Below are positions 62,712-64,000 of a DNA stretch of 64,000 nt, piece by piece; position 1 is the stretch's first letter; each line of letters opens with the position of its first letter. The stretch lies in the NCBI GenBank assembly GCA_044356295.1, contig JBIKWN010000004.1, forward strand, positions 1 to 64,000, given 5' to 3'. Origin of the DNA: Bdellovibrionota bacterium. Its GTDB lineage: Bacteria > Bdellovibrionota_C > UBA2361 > JBIKWN01. A program made the translations under genes and the position numbers. The notes beneath the pieces are model-generated. The model was not told where the DNA came from. It saw only the letters and a list, made by a program, of their open reading frames with translations, and ran no database searches.

Positions 62712-63746
62712 TTAGGAAACAAGCTTATGACTAGTGATAAATTCATAAATAGCGTGAGCAATAATATCATACCCAAACTGTGTACAATGCCCATCCTTAG
62801 GATAATGGAGATCATCTTTTCCTTTGAAGTTTTTGAATGCTGGAAGTGTATCAATAAAGAATAAATTATTTTTTTCACTAAATGTAGAAAGACGATTTGA
62901 AGGATACCAATGCTCATCGAGCCAAGGGGCTCCTTGTGGAATATGAATTATGGCAGTTTTTGCTGAGATAGATTCTGCAACTTGAGCAATCTTTTTTATA
63001 TCAGTCTCAAGTTTTATCCAGTCTTTTTCCAAAGGACCTTCATGAATATAAATATCAGAGAATTTAATAGGTGTATCTTCATTCATTTTATATTTATATG
63101 AAACGTACTTTGTTAAAAGAATTCTCAGTACATAAGAATTCTCATAAAAAAAAGAAGCCCATTCACCAAGCTCCAAAGATTCACGTGTCCGTAACCTACC
63201 TTTTGAATCAACTTTAATTGCATCAACACCTAGGTGAGTATCAAGAATATCATTTGGAAGTAATCCAATAAGCACTAAGTCTGGGCTAAATTGTTTACCG
63301 TACTGTTCTAATACAATACGTTCAGTTTCTGGAAAAAAACGTGAGATGCCTAGTTTAATAATTTCTATTTTTGGATGATTGCCTTTGCGGTTATTTAAAA
63401 GCTCCTCTAATCGGTAAAGGTAGGTTTGTTCAAAGCTAACACCAGCACCCATAGTAAAACTGTCACCAACTCCGACAATTCTAAAGACATCTTTAGGTTT
63501 CTGAATTTGATGCTCAATGTCTCTAAAGCCAAGACTGTTGTAGTGATAGCTATAATTGAATTCGTTTGTTGCGCTCGTTCCTTCTCTGGTTGTGTTAGGG
63601 CGGGGTTTGTACGGTAAGTATGAATCGGGGGCATGGTTTGAGTATTGGTAGTTTATTGCTGGTGCTAGACCAATAATACGAACAGTAATCTCGAGTATTA
63701 AGCAGGAAATGCTGATGATAACGAAGGAGAGTAATAACTTTTTCAC
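62712..63746 (-). CDS. SGNH/GDSL hydrolase, membrane anchored
   Basis: NSLGFRD, GDSFTMG, PND, DGH...G. Confidence 0.88.
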   Translation of the reverse strand: MKKLLLSFVIISISCLILEITVRIIGLAPAINYQYSNHAPDSYLPYKPRPNTTREGTSATNEFNYSYHYNSLGFRDIEHQIQKPKDVFRIVGVGDSFTMGAGVSFEQTYLYRLEELLNNRKGNHPKIEIIKLGISRFFPETERIVLEQYGKQFSPDLVLIGLLPNDILDTHLGVDAIKVDSKGRLRTRESLELGEWASFFYENSYVLRILLTKYVSYKYKMNEDTPIKFSDIYIHEGPLEKDWIKLETDIKKIAQVAESISAKTAIIHIPQGAPWLDEHWYPSNRLSTFSEKNNLFFIDTLPAFKNFKGKDDLHYPKDGHCTQFGYDIIAHAIYEFITSHKLVS

Positions 63747-63851
63747 TCGATAAATCTAGCGAATATGGGGCAGTTGTAACAAATTTTATCTTTATCAATT
63801 GATCAATATAAACACTACAAATTCCCTGAATCGTTTGATACAGTCTTTCCC

Positions 63852-64000
63852 ATGGAAAAACTGCCGAAAATAGCTGGTCGCAAGTCGTGCCCAATCGATA
63901 TGGAGCCTGGAACGTACTTTTGGTGTTCTTGTGGCCTCTCTCAACAACAACCGTTCTGTGATGGATCTCATAAGGGGACAGATTTTACTCCGGTAAAAGT
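63852..64000 (+). CDS. CDGSH iron-sulfur domain protein (truncated by the window end)
   Basis: Not in ORF track. MEKLPKIAG...[22 protein letters not shown]. Confidence 0.9.
   Translation, partial: MEKLPKIAGRKSCPIDMEPGTYFWCSCGLSQQQPFCDGSHKGTDFTPVK

Overview
AT-rich, gene-dense bacterial chromosomal segment. Gene style suggests a deltaproteobacterial/Bdellovibrionota-like diderm, but that is inference only. Housekeeping content: groESL, prfA-prmC, trmO, rsmE, tRNA-Phe, holA, tmk-holB-(MetRS C-domain)-tatD, mutY, a probable topoisomerase IV pair, isolated nuoI and nuoB, and a THX ribosomal protein missed by the ORF track. Accessory content: (i) a Tad/Flp pilus operon with no secretin or prepilin peptidase gene, ending in an unusual two-component pair, plus a second, membrane-anchored TadA paralogue; (ii) scattered surface-glycan genes; (iii) three copies of a nested-inverted-repeat intergenic element. 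The best candidate for an undescribed system is the three-gene operon at 44678-47702. It encodes ThDP E1-alpha, E1-beta, and an 'E2' whose acyltransferase core is replaced by a PglD/NeuD-type sugar acyltransferase, and it lies next to two putative membrane glycosylation proteins. No CRISPR array, integrase or transposase was seen. All family assignments are by motif recognition, not database search.
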